From Podarcis filfolensis (taxonomy: Eukaryota), in the NCBI GenBank assembly GCA_964270895.1, contig OZ185440.1: DNA of 64,000 nucleotides; one strand, 5' to 3'. Position 1 is the first letter of the stretch, and every line of letters starts with the position of its first letter. The translations under genes and the position numbers were made by a program. Under the pieces are notes generated by a model. That model made no database searches. It was not told the DNA's origin and saw only the letters and a list, made by a program, of their open reading frames with translations. Shown one piece after another: positions 48,323-60,851 of the stretch.

Positions 48323-50394
48323 TTATAATTTACCGTAAATTTAAATCAATCCTAAGGGTGGCATGAGAGCATCCCGGATTGCTTACATTCCAGGTAATGG
48401 CGCATGGGATGTATCTCATACCCATTGTTTCTGCCTACATGTCCTGCCCATTTAGCAAGGCCACAAACTGTTAAAGGCTCTAGCTAGTCTTGATTGTGTT
48501 GAGAAATCCTCTTTTAAAGTCCTCACCAACATTTTCTGGCAGCACATTCCAGAAATCCATTATTCCTCCACCCCACCCCCATGTGTCAATTTTTGTGCGG
48601 TGGGTGCTTGGCACCCACTCTGTATTTCTTCACCCCTGTGGCTATAAACCGATGTGCAAAAAGGTCCGCTGCCAGAGTAAAGGCATGCAAATATATGTTA
48701 TGTCATCGAGTTGTTAAGTGTTATGTTGTTAAGTGAAGCTAAATCCCCACTGCAGCCTTGACAGAGGAAATGAGGCACATTCATTTTATGTTACAGGGAT
48801 AAGATCATTTTAGTATGGTTACCCCATCCTGAGAATGGAGGCTAGCATGTGAGCAATTTCTTTGAAGGTTGATGATAAATTTAATCCCCAAAATTACTGC
48901 AACATTTTCTTCAGAAGACATTTCCCCTGTATCACTGAAAGCACACACACACACATATATATTTATCCCCATTTTTTGTGCCCGATTTGAATTACTTGAA
49001 GGTCACTCTGAGAATCTGTATAAATACCTGGTCATTAAAAATAACATAAACCAAATGCCAACACACAATGAAAACTGTGCACAAAAGCATGGTTTTATAA
49101 ACTTTGTCATCAGCCTTGGGGAGAGGGGTGGGAATGTACAGTTTGCTGTACTTAGCCTCGAGATGGGAGACTGAAAGGGCTTTAAAAAATAATAATAAAA
49201 GTCTTGTGTCTAGCAATATTTTTCTGCAAAAGCACCAGAGTGGTTGTCAAAAGTGTGAACTTCATTAATTGACCCTATTTAAAGGAATTGGTCAGTTAGC
49301 CACAGAACTGCTTTGCTGATTTTTTTCTTCTTCTTTTAATTACACAACTGCTTTGGGGGTGGAAGTGTGGTCAAGCACACAGCATCCTGGAACTATTAAT
49401 CAGCCATCACCAGGCTCCTTTGAGTGTCTGTCAGCAAAAGCAATAAATGCAATAATATTAGCAAAGCTTTAAAACCCTACAGGTGAGAAGGCAGGTCTGA
49501 GAAAATCACTGAGGGTCACTTGTGTAGATCAGCATGAAGCAAGCCATGTGGGCTAAATATTAACTGTGCATATTGCATTGATCAGATGCATCAATAAAAA
49601 TAACTTTTACAATAAATTAGCAATTAAAATCGTGCTGACCTGAAATGCCTTCAGTAAAGCATGGAAACCATAGAACTGTGTTTCTGAGAAAAGGAATCAG
49701 AGAAGGGGAGCAGAACAGTAGACTGTGGTGCCCTTGTTGCTACCAGGCTGAAGGTTTCTTGTGCACAAAACAGGATGAAAACAAACATGTCTTAGCTAGC
49801 CTGTCACAACATTATTGTGGATTCATGGTGTTCTTTAGAATGTATTGTTCTAGGTGTTAACATTTGGTATGGGTTCACGTACAACTTGCAAAATCACATA
49901 GCTATTTTGAGGATCTGGTTTGAAGCTCATTTGATGGGTTCTTGATACAAGCAACCCCTGTGTCACAGACAAATTGACTTTAAGAACTCCAGGGAGTTCT
50001 TTCTAATCAAGAAAACCTGGCATCCCACATAACAAATGCTTTAGAGTTTCACCCAGTGATTCTTGAAAGGAGTCCAATAACTTTATGGCTGAACTAGAGC
50101 ATGCCGTTTAGAAAGACATCCAGTTTTGATTTAAAGGCTCCAAGTGGTGGAGAATTTACCACATCCCTCGCTAAATGACTGCAGTGTTTGATTAACCCCC
50201 ATTAAAATGTGTATGCTATTTCCACCCACAGGTGATGGATTGCACAAATGGGGGTGGGTGGGTGCTTATAATTGCTAAAAGCGAATTACATGAAACTGCG
50301 GAAGTCCTCCTTAATTTAGATCTGAAAAGTCATCACAAGCTTGATCTATGAAGTTCTTCATGCATCGGCTTTCTAGAGATGTACCGTATACTTT

Positions 50395-50490
50395 AAGAAC
50401 ATAAGACAAGCCCTGCTGGCTCAGACCAAGGATTCCTCTAGTCCAGCAGTCTGTTACAGTGGCCAAGCAGATGCTTCTGGGAAGCCCACA
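50395..50490 (-). mobile_element. CR1-type 3' end
   Basis: TAAGAACATAAGACAAGCCCTGCTGGCTCAGACCAAGG...CTAGTCCAGCA. Confidence 0.7.
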
Positions 50491-52726
50491 AAATCTGCTT
50501 TAAAATCTGCCAGCTTTTTAATTTCTTCCAATGCTAAAAGCACGCTCTTAAATGGAATGGCACCAATGGTACATACCAGTTTGGTGTGCATCAGCTCACA
50601 GGGGGACTTTGCATTGTCAAATGTGATGTTGTTTATTGTTGTGTGTTTGTTTTTAATGGCCAGGTTCTCAGGGTAACTTTTTTTGGAAAAAGTGATCTGT
50701 CAAGTTCTACTCATGTAGCCAATCAGTCCTCCAAGTGGGATAGATTGAAATGTGACCCCTCAGCTCTTCAGGTGGGCCTAACACCATCCCATTTTTTACA
50801 ATGGATGTAAAACCATTCTGAGATGCTAACACAGAACAGAGTTATTGTAAAAAAATCAATTGATCTAAAGCAGAGCAGTTTGCAGAGCTATGGGATGCAG
50901 TCGAACCAACAGCTTCCTCTTTCCCCAACAACTGAAGCCTCGAGGGTCCTTGAAGGAAAAGGAAGCTGTCTATCCAAGTGCCTTCCTCTCCCAGATCCGC
51001 AAATGGTTCTGGCTTCAGCAAGACGAGATAATGGAAACAGGCCTCAGAGGCACAAGTAGTTCAAAGGGTTATAAAGATGGTGAATGGACCATAGCCTAAT
51101 TTTAGTATCACCTAATTTGCAACAAAACCTTAATACTTTCTTTCATCCCCGGTACAAGAATTGGTTAAATCTGTAATATTATGGCTGCTTTTCACCCCAG
51201 TCCTAAACATCTCATTCATTCATTTATATGTTTAGAATCAGTGAATAAGTTTGCATAAATGTAGCCAGTGCAAAGACATTAGAAAATTGCTATTTTCTGT
51301 ACCCCATACTAAGCAAGCTAGTATTTGCTATACAGGAAAGCTTATTTTTGTAATGTATACAACAATCCCGTCCCGTTATGGATCATCATGGCTTTGTATG
51401 TGCTGGTTTGGACTGTTAATCGATACACTGGGCCAAAACTTTGACCTTTTATCCAACATGCAGACTAGTTTTCTGATTGCTCCCTTGGACTGGGAAGCAG
51501 TAAGTATCAGCAGTCAATGCATTGCAAGTCATGTATTTTTCATTAAAGCGATTTTTCTCTTTCTCTTTTGGACAGACGGCTATTTCTACAGTACCTTGTA
51601 ACTGTTTTTCTTCTAACTGAGTACTAATATCCAGTGATGGTATGCATAACACTCATCATGCAACCAATAAAAACTCCAGCCTTATTGCTGTGTATTTTCA
51701 CTATGTACAGACCTACAGTTCTCAAAGGACACGGGAGCTGTTCTTGGCGTCGCCATTGCTGCACGTCTTTACAGGAGAGTGCCATCTGGTGTCAATTCTA
51801 AAAATACATGCTTCAATTTTTGACACTTTTCCACCAGTGCTAGAATTGTTTCTCGATGTTATTACTATTATTACTCATCAAATTTATTAAATCAGCTGTG
51901 TGAGTGGTGTGTTTGAGACCTGAAAATACTTATTTCACAACTGCAGCAAACATTTTCTTGTAATGGGATTATCAGACAGGAAGACTGTGTTGTGTGAGAT
52001 ACCATCTGGGATGTTCTTGTGTAAATTGCGCTCCACTTGCTTCTCCACTCATCTTGTTGTGACCCAGATACGATTCCATTTCATAGTGATAACCAGGTCT
52101 CACCAATGTTGACTACAGTTAGTTGTGTGCCTATGTGTGTGAGATACAAATTCATGGAATGTAGGTTTTTATATCAACACCTATCAGCAATGACAGCTAA
52201 ATGGACCCTCCATGGTCAGAGGGATTACACCTCTGGTATCAGGTGTTGCAGACAAACAACAGGGGAAGTGCATCACCTACAAATCCTGCTTTTGTAAGCT
52301 TCCAAGCATGTTGATTGCCAGAGAATGCTGGAAAGCTGTCTTATCACAAGTCAGACCACTGCCTCATCTAATTCAGTATTGTCTATACCAGGGCTTGAGG
52401 GCCACATTCACCTTTGGCCAATCCTCCATCGGTTGCATGTCAATGGTTAGCGAGTCCACCACATACTCTTACATGCACACATCCACATAACACATATGCA
52501 GATCAGCTGAGGAGGGGGTTATTACTTCTCTCTGCACATTAAATGATTGATCCAATTGCCAGGAATGGAATGGTTTGCATCCCTGTCAAGGTGCTGGGGG
52601 TTTAATCCTCTCTGTTCACCCCAGTGCCATGTCAACTTTTTCCTTTTTGAAAAAAAAAACACCTTTTGCTTCTGCTGCCAAATTCAGTAAGATTTGGGGG
52701 TGGGGGCAGTAAAAGATCCCAGGGCA

Positions 52727-52918
52727 CAGGGGTGCCAACTTGAATAAAATATTGGAGGGGGCAGATAAGCCCCACCCCACACAAACAATCACAAGACATG
52801 GCTCTCACACCATTTGAATGACAATGCCCATAAACTCTGGGGGGTCCAGCCCCCTCAAATATTTTATTGAGGGGTGTGTGTGAAGGAACTTTGGCCCCTA
52901 CGAGTTGACTTCTAAGCC
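52727..52918. mobile_element. hAT-like MITE, degraded right end
   Basis: Left end CAGGGGGTGCCAACTTGAATAAAATATTGG with an internal inverted match CAAATATTTTATTGAG; flanks CCAGGGCA/CCAGGACA (7/8). Confidence 0.5.
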
Positions 52919-52959
52919 CAGGACACAGAGATAGCCACCCTTGGTCGATACTGAATGAG

Positions 52960-53070
52960 AGTGACTCTCCAGAGTCTTTCCCATCTTTACCTGGTGATGC
53001 CAGAGATAGAATCTGGAACCTTCTGCATGCAAAACAAGGGCTTTGCTATTGAGCTACAGTGCTTCCCCAA
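52960..53070 (-). mobile_element. tRNA-derived SINE head (same type as 48152)
   Basis: Reverse complement GTAGCTCAATAGCAAAGCCC...TGCATGCAGAAGGTTCCAGATTCTATCTCTGGCATCACCAGGT. Confidence 0.65.
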
Positions 53071-53077
53071 CCAGATA

Positions 53078-53303
53078 CTGTGGTACCTCGGGTTACAGAC
53101 ACTTCAGGTTACAGATTCTGCTAACCCAGAAATAGTCCCTCGGGTTAAGAATTTTGTTTCAGGATGAGAACAGAAATCACACGGCAGCGGCGCAGTGGCA
53201 GTGGGAGGCCCCATTAGCTAAAGTGGTACCTCAGGTTAAGAACAGTTTCAGGTTAAGAATGGACCTCCAGAACGAATTAAGTTCTTAACCCAAGGTACCA
53301 CTG
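53078..53303. mobile_element. Tc1/mariner-type MITE
   Basis: CTGTGGTACCTC ... AAGGTACCACTG with TA TSD; family shared with 6281 and 30029. Confidence 0.92.
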
Positions 53304-54155
53304 TAAATGGTTCAGTTGTTATACAGTATCAGTGATTGGCAGTTCCACTATGCTCTGTTTAGAATTGCCCAGGTATTTGTGAGCTTTTTGTGTGTGTGGG
53401 GGGGGGGGCATTTGATAAAAGGTTCTCTGGGTTCTCACCTATTGCACTGCATGTCTGCCTATTCATTGCATTGATTTCTGGGAACTGTAGTTTGGTTTAG
53501 TATTGCCACTTAGAAACGCCAGCACCTTATTCCTTAACTCAACTTAGTATAGTTTTGTAAATAGCAGTTGTATTTTAAAAGTGACTACCAGCAGAGTTTT
53601 GGTGTGCATAAGGGGTTAGCATTAAATAACTTTGTGCCTGTACCTGGAAAGCAGTTGGTTTTGATACCTGGTCTGCTGGTTGAGGCGGCTCAAAATCTCA
53701 GTTAGCTTTTCAAGCCAGAGGACTTCTGTGGGGACAATGGCACTTGATTGGTGATACAGGAGGTAATCAAGCTCAGAGTATCAATATGGAGTGAGACTCT
53801 ACACTTCCAAAATGGTGTTCTTAGACTATGTATGTTCATGTTAGCCACTCCTTCACAGTGGGCTGGGTTTTGCTCCCATCCCAGTTGATTTCCTAGGTGG
53901 CAGTGCTACCCAGGAGCATCTGCCCGCAGCTGTGGCTTGCTCTCAGGGGCAGGGCATGGACAGGGAGCATGCAATGCAATAACTACTTGACAGGCCAAAT
54001 GCCTGTCAAAATCAAAGGGTCTTTCCAAAGTGGCAACGAAAAAAAAAGAGCCAATGAGAGAACAGCAATTCCTAGGCAGTGTTGACCATTGAGAAGGTCT
54101 CTCCCATGGCCCAACCAAACGTACTTCTGATCCTAGGACAGAAACAAAGAGTATA

Positions 54156-54518
54156 AAAAGTAAAGGTAAAGGTACCCCTGCCCGTACGGGCCAGTCTTGA
54201 CAGACTCTAGGGTTGTGCACTCATCTCACTCTAGAGGCCGGGAGCCAGTGCTGTCCGCAGACACTTTCGGGTCACATGGCCAGCATGACAAGCTGCATCT
54301 GGTGAGCCAGCGCAGCACACGGAACGCCGTTTACCTTCCCGCTAGTAAGCGGTCCCTATTTATCTACTTGCACCCGGGGGTGCTTTCGAACTGCTAGGTT
54401 GGCAGGTGCTGGGACCAAGCGACGGGAGCACACCCCGCCACGGGGATTTGAACCGCCGACCTTTCGATCAGCAAGTCCTAGGCGCTGAGGCTTTTACCCA
54501 CAGCGCCACCCGCGTCCC
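54156..54518 (-). mobile_element. Full-length Sauria SINE (second subfamily)
   Basis: 13-bp TSD AACAAAGAGTATA at 54143-54155 and 54519-54531. Confidence 0.97.
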
Positions 54519-54554
54519 AACAAAGAGTATATCTACCATCAAATACACATGAAA

Positions 54555-54790
54555 CTTCAGATGGGAGGAGGTAGTCCCTTATATAATCAGGGCCTAAGCT
54601 GTTTAGGGCTTTAAAGGGACTAGTCAGCACTTTGTACTGCCCTGAGAAACATATCAGAAGACAATGTAGCCGATGCAACAAGGGAGTCCCAACCTTTATC
54701 CTGTAATCAACATTCTAGCTGCACTGTTGAGTTTCTGAGCACTCTTCAAAGCAAGCCCACCTAGATAGCATTACAGTAGTCCAACCAGGG
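54555..54790 (-). mobile_element. Degraded L2-clade fragment
   Basis: Minus-strand translation QYKVLTSPFKALNSLGPDYIRDYLLP. Confidence 0.7.
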
Positions 54791-54799
54791 CACAACTAA

Positions 54800-54889
54800 G
54801 GCTGTAATCCTATAGACAGTTTTCTCAAGGTAAGCCCCGTTGAAGGCACTGGGAATTACTTCCGCAGAGACATAGATAGGATTGCACTG
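54800..54889. mobile_element. Short palindromic MITE (Harbinger-like)
   Basis: GGCTGTAATCCTAT ... ATAGGATTGCACTG with TAA on both sides (54797-54799 and 54890-54892). Confidence 0.78.
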
Positions 54890-56129
54890 TAACATGGTCA
54901 GATGGTTTTCCTCCCTCCAAGAGCTGGCGTACCATTATCAGCCTAAGCTTGTCAAACAGCCTTCCTGGCCGTAACTATATATCAAGATAGCAGTTTAACA
55001 AGCATTGTTATGTTTTCTCCATCCCGAGGGGCTTTGCGTATTTGTAACTGTTGCTTTATTCGTGGGAACATGGGTAACCATTTTCCACAAGGCGAAGCAC
55101 AAAACAAGTCTGACAAGCTTTTGGTTTTACAACTTTCTTTTGTAGGAAAGGATGTAAGCAGACTTAAATTATAGCAGATTTTTTGTTTTGTTTTTAAGAA
55201 CTTGTAATTACTTGGCAAATAATCTTGCCAGAGGGTGATTGCTGTGTTCTGAACTGGATATTAATTCCCCACCCCCCTGTTTCAAGTTGAGTCATTACTT
55301 TATGATGGTATTCCCCTCCCCCCTTCTTTCTATTTTATTTGGCATAGTCTCCTTTTGGGGCTTTTACAAAGGAGGACACTTCCCTACAGTGAATCAAAGC
55401 TGCCTCATCCAGTGTGGAAATGAACTCCACTGTAAGCAGGAGATGAAAAAAGTTTGGGGCACCTTCTGCCCCAAACTGTTGTAAATCAATGCTCAAATTA
55501 TCAGAACACACCCTGTCCCTTGCCTTTGGTGCCTGCCCATCCCCTTAGCTATTGTCTTTAGAAGACTGGGAGAGAGACATGATTTAACTAAAATGGGTGG
55601 GGGGAGTCATGGCGTGTAGATTTCATTAGGGGTTCTCTTACATCTTCTCCTTCTCTCTCCCCCCGCCCCCCGCAACTTAAGCATTGCTGTGAACACCACA
55701 AAATAGCATTCAACTACGGCCAAAATATTGCTAGATAAATTAATAATGCTATTTACAGCAAACTATATGGTGCTATCAAAGCACTCTGGAAATATTAAGT
55801 GAGCATAGGAGCGATATGATCTGATGTTCACACCAGTGCTGGCTGTAATAGAATAAAATTAAAGTCTTCCTTTATATCATGAAGGGAATTTGCTGATTAG
55901 CCGGAGAGAAATGATATGGCTTCAGAGCAAAGACAAAAGCCTTTTAGCATTTCCAGCTGTGGATTAAGGCACAGCCAGTCAGAGGAGAGGTCTTCTTGCT
56001 GCTCAGCCAATGCTGCATCCATACAGCACCGATAACAATGGCAACAATTCCCACAGACCTCAATTCCTGAATGGATTTTTTTTTTTGGCATCTCTCCCAA
56101 GTCAAGTTCACTGAAAAATTGGTGCCTGA

Positions 56130-56688
56130 GTGCTGCTGCTTCTCCCTCTGATTCTGTTTAGTCAGAATCTCTTTTCTTGCAACTTGAAGCCATTGGTTCG
56201 AGTCCCACCCTCCAGAGCAGGAGAAAACAAGCTTGCTCCATCTTCCATGTGGCAGCCCTTTAGAGATTTGAAGATGGCTATCATATCTTCATTGGCTCCC
56301 AGTACGTTTCCGAGCACAAATCAAAGTGTTGGGGCTGACCTTTAAAGTCCTAAACAGCCTCGGTCCTGTATACCTGAAGGAGCGTCTCCACCCCCATCGT
56401 CCAGCCCGGACACTGAGGTCCAGCGCTGAGGACCTTCTGGAGGTTCCCTCGCTGCGACAAGTGAGGTTACAGGGAACCAGGCAGAGGGCCTTCTTGGTAG
56501 TGGCACCTGCCCTGTGGAACGCAGAGGTCAAGGCAATAAGCTACTATTTTAATTTTAAAAGACAACTGAAGGCGGCCCTGTTTAGGGAAGTTTTTAATGT
56601 TTGATGGTGTATTGTTTTTAATATTCAGTTGGAAGCCACCCAGAGTGGCTGGGGAAACCCAGCCAGATGGGTGGGGTATAAATAAATA

Positions 56689-56745
<57 letters not shown>

Positions 56746-56832
56746 CTCCTCTCAGTCTCCTCTTTACCAGACTAAATGTACCCAGCTCCTTCAAGCGCTC
56801 CTCATAAGGCTTGGGTTTCCAGACCCTCTCCA
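56130..56832 (-). mobile_element. CR1 LINE fragment split by an L2 insertion (56130-56288 and 56742-56832)
   Basis: Minus-strand translation PYEERLKELGTFSLVKRRLRGD continues as DMIAIFKSLKG on the far side of the L2 copy. Confidence 0.85.
56289..56745 (+). mobile_element. L2-clade LINE, 5'-truncated, with (TAT)n tail
   Basis: Near-identical to the 377 copy from CATTGGCTCCCAG to the 3' UTR; (TAT)n at about 56692-56744. Confidence 0.92.
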
Positions 56833-57911
56833 CATGCAGCCGAAAAATTTAGGAAGTGATGTAGGAAATGAGAAACCAAAAATTACCCTTTGAGCTGTGA
56901 GTGATAGGGTAGCTGGCTGTTTTCACACAGCCATCATGCCTAGAACCCACACATGGAGGTGTAAACAGAATCATGCTACTGGGCATGCTCACTTCCATGC
57001 AATCGAGGGGTGGGGGTGGGCAGTGCCAATGCCATGGACTTAGCCTCCCTGCAGCAGTATTGTTGCCACTGCTGAATACCGGAGAGGGTAGGGTGTGGAA
57101 CAAGAAAAATCAGTGCACCCCTCAGTGCACCAAACTACTCTGCTCTTGCTGCCACCTGCCCTGCCCCCTCTCTGTCCTGGCATGTGGCAGTGACACTGCT
57201 GCTAGGAGGCCAGCTCCACAGAAATGCCCGCCTCCCTGCCAGGTGCTCTTGCCATGCATTGATCCTGAGGTTGGAACAGAGCTTATAAACTGGACATGCA
57301 TGGGCTCTGCACATATGACCAGGAGGCCTGCAAAACAATATGCTCTGACCTTAGGATCACTGCTTGGAGGTCAAGGGTGGAGCCACTAAACGTGATCCTC
57401 CTCATCCCTCCCCACACTGATTCTGCATGTGTTCGTGCTGCCACAGTCATTGCCATTCCTTCCTTCTTGATGTATTTGATTCCATTTATCAATTGCTCCT
57501 CACAAAATATCTCAAAGCGCTTTCGCAGACAATACAAAAACAATTCCATATAATTTCATATGTATAACTAAATCCAGTGCAGGTACAGACTTAGATAAAG
57601 ACTTTTCACTTGTTGGAAAGGGAAGGGCTTCAATAGGCGCTGAAAGAACAATAAAGATAGTGACTTCTCTATTGTCTTCTGGTATTAATTGTGTTAAGTA
57701 TCTTGCACTCCTGTTGTGGCCTCTAACCAAAATGCAAGCAAAACTGTGTGTGTCAGTGTTGCGCAGAAATGGCTTCTGTGCATCTGAAGGAGAGAAACAC
57801 AGGCAAGTCATGTGCCAAATTAACAGGATGAATTCAGCCCAACATTGTTCCTTTGCACTGGCTTGGACAAATGCATTTCCATGCTGATTCTTCCATACAC
57901 TAATATTTTCC

Positions 57912-58125
57912 AGTTACAGATAGGTAGCCGTGTTGGTCTGCCATAGTCAAAACAAAAAAAGTTTTTTCCTTCCAGTAGCACCTTAAAGACCAACTAAGTT
58001 AGTTCTTGGTATGAGCTTTCGTGTGCATGCATGAAGAAGTGTGCATGCACACGAAAGCTCATACCAAGAACTAACTTAGTTGGTCTTTAAGGTGCTACTG
58101 GAAGGAAAAAACTTTTTTTGTTTTG
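57912..58125. mobile_element. Penelope-like element ends in inverted (tail-to-tail) arrangement
   Basis: Perfect 88-bp inverted repeat (57944-58031 and 58042-58129) around a 10-bp spacer; 13-bp flanking duplication ACTAATATTTTCC at 57899-57911 and 58126-58138. Confidence 0.85.
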
Positions 58126-58398
58126 ACTAATATTTTCCGTTATGGTTTATTTTATTTATATTCTGCCTTACCAGAAAGCTCCAGGCAGCTTTCAAATTAT
58201 TGCCTGTCATATTTTATATTTTAAAGCACTGGGTGTTTTTGTGCATTGTGTGGTTAGGGTTTATGTGAGGAAGTGAGTAGAAGCTTACATAGCCAAATTG
58301 TCTTTTTGGGAGTTGTTTGTTTTTTTAAAAGCAAAAATAAGGAAGAATGTAGTGTTTGCCTTGAGTGGGTCTCCCACATCAACAAGGTTTGCACACGT

Positions 58399-58399
<1 letters not shown>

Positions 58400-58433
<34 letters not shown>
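58400..58433. repeat. (CA)n microsatellite
   Basis: Direct reading. Confidence 0.97.
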
Positions 58434-58437
<4 letters not shown>

Positions 58438-58559
58438 TGTTTTCTCCTGTTCAAAGTCTCCTTCTATGCAAGGGGTGGGGAACCTCAGGCACTCCTAGCC
58501 TCTCTAACCAGCTCTTGGCTCTCTGCCCATGACATACCATTCACAGGCCACACTTTTCA

Positions 58560-59121
58560 CCAGGTAAAAGAATATTGGGAAATGATTTACAATGAGTTGG
58601 GGGGGGGAATGTTTAAAATCACCTTCCCCCGAAGACCAGAGTCCTCCTTATTGGGAATAACCCAGACAGAAATTCCCAGGTGCCAGAAAAACCTGCTTAT
58701 GTATGCAACAACAATGGCTCGTGTTTTGTTAGCCCCAAAATGGAAAGTGAGCGAGGTCCCAGATAAAGAGGACTGGCAACTCAAGATGTTAGAATATGCA
58801 GAACTTGCAGGTTTAACACATAGAATAAGAGAGCAAGAAGAACATATATTTAAAGAAGAGTGAAAATTATTTATTGAATATATGGAAAATAATCATACAC
58901 AGCTGAAAACGCTGGCAGCATTAAGATAAATTCAACAGTGTAAATAATGTCTGAGTGGTGTAAAAATGGAAAATTGATGTGAATGGTTATAGTAAAATAT
59001 GCAGGAATGGAAGCTATGCAAAATGAACCATGGAAGGAGAAGGAGGGAAGTCACTGGATAGTTAAAAGTTTGTAAAATGTTTGTTTTGATTGTAAAATTG
59101 AAAATTTAATAAAAATTAATA
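58560..59121 (+). mobile_element. L1-clade LINE 3' end
   Basis: Translation QVKEYWEMIYNEL...ARVLLAPKWKVSEVPDKEDWQLKMLEYAEL, then 3' UTR with AATAAA at 59108. Confidence 0.85.
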
Positions 59122-60418
59122 TACAATCTTGAAAGCCTAAGTGCTCCCCCTTATTAATGGCTGCATGACATTCCCATGGTGTGCAAAGCTCTGTATTGCA
59201 AAACTATGAGTTTTGACACTTAAAGCATTAAAACTTGCAAAATCCCACGGCATCTCTACAAACTTTCTTGAACTTTGATGTCATTATTTTTCACTGGAAA
59301 AGCATCAGCGCAGACAGGAGTGGCCGGGACAGCTTGGATCTTTCCCAAAGAACATAAACCATAACCCATTTTATACTGCATCTTTGCAGAGATGTCTCCC
59401 ACACACGCCTGTTTTGAATCTATTTGGTGTAATTCTAGATTTCCTCTGCTATACCTGAGCTGAAGATTTGCCCTACAGAGTTTCATTTCTATTCTCAGCT
59501 TGGAAAATGGGGAGGTGGTGGTGGGGAGCGATTCCCGAGTTTTCATTTAGCAGTGGGGCAAATCTTACACTGAACGTAAGGTACTGATTAGGCTGTTGTA
59601 AGGAAAACAGGGTAGCGATGTTGGCACAAACTGGATACACAAAAGGGGTCTAATTAACTAGCAGAGGCTTTCAAACGTTAGCTATTCTTTATAAAAACAG
59701 TACAACCGATAGCGGACAAGTTCTATTCCTCACTATCATCCCCCCATCTCCTCCCACTCATTCTGTTGCTACTGCTTGGCTACAGTTGAAACATTTTAGA
59801 GCCACACAAAATAATCTACTGCCATGGCAGCAAAGCATTGCCATATAAACAGCTTAATTCTCCGTAAGGAAAACAAAGGTTTTTACAAGACTTGGGTTCC
59901 CCTCACCACCCCACACCCTTTCAAGCTGCCCCTTGAACATTACAGCTCAAATAAAACACAAGAGAAAATAGACCTTAAATAAACAGAAATGTGAGTGTTA
60001 TTTACTATCCCTTGGTTATTTGCCAAGGCGACATTGGCCACGCAGACATAAGGGAAATATTTATGCAAGCTTTAATATATTCTTTGCACATGACACATAG
60101 CACATCGTTTATTTAGTTGGGCTGATAACGTGGGTGCCTTGCTTGCTTGCATATTTCTCTCCAGCCTTAGAAGTTCTGAAAGCATTTTTAGCTTTGCTGG
60201 TAAATCACATCGGCGAGCTCTGATAGGGTTTGTATATGCATCCACTTTCCCCACAGCACTGGTGGCAAATGATATAGCTTCAAGGCGCTGTGTCAGCAGG
60301 GACAACACAATAGCCCTGAGGGTTACTTTTACCTTCTTTTATAGGTGCTCTCTCTCAATTTTATTTAGAAACATTTCGAAACCACTTAATATTTTTAATA
60401 TGGCCTTTACAACATTGC

Positions 60419-60851
60419 AAGGACAAACCTAGACAGCTAAAAAGTAGAGACATCACCTTGCCAACAAAGGCCCGTATAGTTAAAGCTATGGTTTTCCCAG
60501 TAGTGATGTATGGAAGTGAGAGCTGGACCATAAAGAAGGCTGATCGCCAAAGAATTGATCCATTCTTAAGGAAATCAGCCCTGAGTGCTCACTGGAAGGA
60601 CAGATTGTGAAGCTGAGGCTCCAATACTTTGGACACCTCATGAGAAGAGAAGACTCCCTGGAAAAGACCCTGATGTTGGGAAAGATGGAGGGCACAAGGA
60701 CAAGGGGACGACAGAGGACGAGATGGTTGGACAGTGATCTCGAAGCTACCAGCATGAGTTTGACTAAACTACGGGAGGCAGTGGAAGACAGGAGTGCCTG
60801 GCGTGCTCTGGTCCATGGGGTCACAAAGAGTCAGGCACGACTAAACAACAA
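60419..60851 (+). mobile_element. BovB (RTE) LINE, 5'-truncated, probable internal deletion
   Basis: ORF LRLQYFGHLMRREDSLEKTLMLGKMEGTR.RGRQRTRWLD; 12-bp TSD TTACAACATTGC at 60407-60418 and 60852-60863. Confidence 0.95.

Noticed and set aside
51560-51800. Acceptor-like sites with short open frames (e.g. DTGAVLGVAIAARLYRR)
   Set aside because: Each candidate exon either has stops or lacks a donor. At most this is a conserved non-coding block, which I cannot demonstrate without alignments.
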